Shown here: one piece after another, positions 61,259 to 64,000 of the stretch
How the letters are laid out: each line of letters starts with the position of its first letter
Numbering within the stretch: position 1 is the first letter of the stretch
NCBI GenBank assembly: GCA_000004985.1
Contig: GG738845.1
Direction: 5' to 3' (one strand)
Origin: Naegleria gruberi
Lineage: Eukaryota
DNA length: 64,000 nucleotides
The notes under the pieces: model-generated
Seen by the model: only the letters and a program-made list of their open reading frames with translations
Database searches by the model: none
What the model was told of the DNA's origin: nothing
Translations under genes and position numbers: made by a program

Positions 61259-62518
61259 ATGGGTAATTCATCTTCGGGTGGAGGAGGTTCCTCTTCAACA
61301 ACCACAACCAATCCATCTGCAAGTCAAGTTGCTGATTTAAAGATACAATCAACAGAGTATGATTTTGCATCTAAATTGTTCAAGAGCTTGATTGGAGTGG
61401 CTGGACATGGTAATAATTTGATAATTTCTCCTCTATCAATTTTTGTTGCATTATCGATGGTTATGTGTGGCGCCAATGGTAAAACTCTTCTTGAGATGAG
61501 TAATGCACTTTCATATGGAGATTCTGATTTCTCTCAAGTGAAAGATAATCAATTGAAGCAGTTTATTGATGGAATTGTGGAACATTTATCTTATTCTGAG
61601 AATACATTATCATTGGCCAATAATATTTATATTTCCAATAGTATTGAATTACAAGATGCTTTTAAAAACACAATGAAGGAAATATTCAAAGCAGATTTGA
61701 AGCAGACAGATTTCACTCATTCAACTAAAGCTGCTAATGAAATTAATGAATGGGTTTCTGAAAAGACGGCTGAAAAAATTAAGGATCTCATTAATCCATC
61801 ATCCATTAATGCAAGTACGAAATTAATTTTGGTGAATGCCATAACTTTCTTTGGATCCTGGAAAAATACATTCGATATCAAACAAACAGATGAAGATGGA
61901 GAATTTTACACAGTGAATGGAGTGGTTAAGAGTGTGCCACTCATGAAAAAACGATTTGTAAAATTGCCATACGGAGAAGATGATTCTTACAAATGGGTCA
62001 CATTAGAATATTCAGAATATAATTTTGCAATGAAATTGTTTCTTCCCAAGACACCAAACACAAAAGTTTCTGATAAGGTAGAATCAAAATTTGATGAGTG
62101 GATTACTAAGAAACTATCTCAAAGATCGAATCTATCCAAATTTCCAACGAGTGAGAAAAAACTCGAATCGTTCATTCTTCCAAGATTTGAGGCTGAATAT
62201 TCATCCTCACTAAATGAAATTCTTCAAAAGGCTCCCTTTTCGATGACATCTGCATTCTCAGCAGGTGCTGATTTCAGTCAAATGGACAAGAATAATTCTG
62301 TAATGATTGATAAGGTTTTTCACAAAGCTGTCATTAAGGTTAATGAGGAAGGTACAGAGGCTGCAGCTGCCACTTATGTGAGTATGAGAGCGAAATCTAA
62401 AAAGGTAAAGAAAGAGGTTGTTTATTCATTTAAAGCTGACCAACCTTTCTTTTATATGATTACATATAAGGATCACATCTTATTCCTTGGCAAGACTAAT
62501 AATCCTAATAAAAAATAG
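61259..62518 (+). CDS. Serpin (inhibitory-type reactive-centre loop), 419 aa, N-terminal MGNSSSG
   Basis: NLIISPLSIFVALSMVMCGANGKTLLEM; NAITFFGSWKNTF; hinge and RCL VNEEGTEAAAATYVSMRAK|SKK at 62345-62398; FKADQPFFYMI. There is no signal peptide. The N-terminus fits the MGxxxS myristoylation pattern. Confidence 0.85.
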   Translation: MGNSSSGGGGSSSTTTTNPSASQVADLKIQSTEYDFASKLFKSLIGVAGHGNNLIISPLSIFVALSMVMCGANGKTLLEMSNALSYGDSDFSQVKDNQLKQFIDGIVEHLSYSENTLSLANNIYISNSIELQDAFKNTMKEIFKADLKQTDFTHSTKAANEINEWVSEKTAEKIKDLINPSSINASTKLILVNAITFFGSWKNTFDIKQTDEDGEFYTVNGVVKSVPLMKKRFVKLPYGEDDSYKWVTLEYSEYNFAMKLFLPKTPNTKVSDKVESKFDEWITKKLSQRSNLSKFPTSEKKLESFILPRFEAEYSSSLNEILQKAPFSMTSAFSAGADFSQMDKNNSVMIDKVFHKAVIKVNEEGTEAAAATYVSMRAKSKKVKKEVVYSFKADQPFFYMITYKDHILFLGKTNNPNKK

Positions 62519-62543
62519 AAAAATATTTCAGATAAAGAGAATT

Positions 62544-63659
62544 TTAATATCTATAATCCCCTCCATGTGAATCTTGTCTCGAATGATGATGGTGATTGTC
62601 GTATGATCCTCGTTGATGATGATTATCTCTATAGTAGCTTCCACCTCTATCACGATCGCCACCAGATTTATAATAGCTTCCACCTCTCCTATCTGAATAT
62701 GAAGATGATCCACTCTGATAGCTGTTGTGTCTGTAATCTCTTTGAGTGTTAACGTTGGTTGATCCACTTTCTGATGAGGAACTGGATATATTTTCAGGTT
62801 TTTTAAAACTCTCAGGATCCTTTTCATACATTTCCAACTTATTTGTGAGATATTTGAAAGCGTCATTAAACTTTTTTTCCTCTTGTGGAGCAAGTCTAGC
62901 CACATGTTTAGCAATTGACTTTTTCGATCGGTTGACTTTAATTTCCTTATCTAGTAATTTAGCTCCTGATAACAAAATAGCCTTGTTGGCAGCTTCAATC
63001 TCTAAAAATTCAATAAATGCAAATCTACATGGATGTTTATCATCTCCAGCCAATCTTATGCAAGCAACTGGTCCACACGAACTGAAAAAATCCACAAGAT
63101 CATTATGATTAGCTCTCAAATTAATATTTCCAACATAGATCGTCCTCGCAATTTCTTTATCCTTTTCAACATCACCAGTACTATATACAAGATTATTATC
63201 TACATTTGGATCACCAATTTGTTGAATGAATGGATTTAAAGCCTTTGAAGATGATTCTTGGGATGCTCCAATCAAAATTTCAGCTGCCGTATTTCCACTC
63301 GACAATTGAAATGATGAAGATGATGAAGATTGTGCAGAATTATCATTCAATCCCGTTATTTGTAATTTAAATCCTAACATTGGTGTTCCATTTAATTTTA
63401 TAGCTTTTTGAGCAGAACTCTCCTCCATAAAAATTATTTTAAATTTTGTATCTGATGAAGAACTATTCGGAAATTATTATTACAAACATATTTTAAAAAA
63501 CATTAGAAATTAAAAATCACCACCATAAAATACATACTTTAATTGTTCCATCATTTCAATTTCTCCACAATAATTAAAAAATGTTTGTAGAGTACTTTCG
63601 GAAATGGTTGGGGCAATATTAGAGACGAGAACAGTTCTCTCTGATGTATGGCTTGACAT
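62544..63659 (-). CDS. Two-RRM RNA-binding protein with R/G/Y/H-rich tail, 2 exons, 346 aa
   Basis: Exons are 63659..63538 and 63462..62544, with a 75-nt intron (GTATGT...GAATAG). RRM1: RTVLVSNIAPTISESTLQTFFNYCGEIEMMEQL|N..KFKIIFMEESSAQKAIKLNG. RRM2: RTIYVGNINLRANHNDLVDFFSSCGPVACIRLAGDDKHPCRFAFIEFLEIEAANKAI. Tail: GGSYYKSGGDRDRGGSYYRD. Confidence 0.8.
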
Positions 63660-64000
63660 TTTTTTTTTGTAAATTTAAAATTTTCAAAATTTGATCCTCC
63701 ACATTGTTGGCTGTATTGATTCTCCTCTTGCCACAAGAAGATGCCAAACTACCTGGAACGGGTTAAGGAACACATCATACATAAGTTGGATTGAATTAAA
63801 ATTTCATTTAAATTCTGAAATGCAACATTGTTTAAAAATAACCTTATTGTAAAAAACTGTTGAAATCTATTCTTAATTTCTCAATGCTATTATTTTTAGA
63901 TGGCTAACACCATACAAAGTAATCAGTAACATTGAAAATTACATCTATTCTAATAGAAATTTAAAATAAATACTTGCCTCCGTAACAACAACATTTTCAA

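Noticed and set aside
1-64000. Prokaryotic-style novel system (defence island, operon, CRISPR, toxin-antitoxin, mobile element)
   Set aside because: The window is eukaryotic. It has spliceosomal introns with GT..AG boundaries that restore conserved motifs. Its genes are eukaryote-specific (ORC3, MED6, TADA1, eIF2-beta, DRC4, CEP19, calmodulin). I saw no repeat-spacer arrays, IS ends, integrases or RNA genes.
63740-64000. Possible start of another minus-strand gene at the window edge (ATGTTGTTGTTACGGAGGCAA followed by GTATTT at about 63994-63968)
   Set aside because: Only about 7 codons before a donor-like GT are visible, and there is nothing to support it.

Overview
This window is eukaryotic nuclear DNA, AT-rich and very gene-dense. 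I count about 40 protein-coding genes on both strands in 64 kb, and most intergenic spacers are under 300 bp. I hand-mapped 23 spliceosomal micro-introns of 40-86 nt with GTAAGT, GTATGT, GTGAGT or GTAGGT donors and AG acceptors. In every model the summed exon length is a multiple of 3. I saw no operons, CRISPR arrays, rRNA or tRNA genes, or mobile elements.

The source is probably a Naegleria-like heterolobosean amoeboflagellate. The main clue is a 155-aa calmodulin with the N-terminal extension [10 protein letters not shown], which I recall as the flagellar calmodulin CaM-1 of Naegleria. N/Q/T-rich low-complexity inserts and A-tracts in front of start codons fit this. It is an inference from memory, not a database search.

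Most genes are housekeeping:
- ABCF2/Arb1, eIF2-beta, spermidine synthase, MED6, TADA1
- mitochondrial IF3, Rsm22/METTL17, SDHAF2
- WIPI/Atg18, a syntaxin-6-like SNARE, a GNPTAB-like Stealth GlcNAc-1-phosphotransferase
- an RNB exoribonuclease and an XRN-like nuclease

Several cilium or flagellum genes are interspersed: DRC4/GAS8, CEP19, an RIIa+EF-hand protein, flagellar calmodulin and CDK20/LF2.

I found no self-contained novel multi-gene system. The observations most worth follow-up are:
1. A rare E2F-type element, CCCGCCAA(A), lies 37-47 nt upstream of four start codons, always in the sense orientation. The genes are the ORC3-like gene and three flagellar-type genes. A perfect palindrome TTTGGCGCCAAA lies upstream of calmodulin.
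2. The ORC3 orthologue carries three PHD fingers inserted before its C-terminal domain.
3. A giant calpain-like protein has its catalytic Cys replaced by Ala and carries modular N/T-rich repeats with SP sites.
4. A PGS1-like locus lacks the whole first HKD half and shows a reading-frame break.
5. Gene packing is extreme: 33-bp and 66-bp head-to-tail spacers, and 3-4 bp between convergent stop codons.

All domain calls rest on recalled family motifs. No searches were run.
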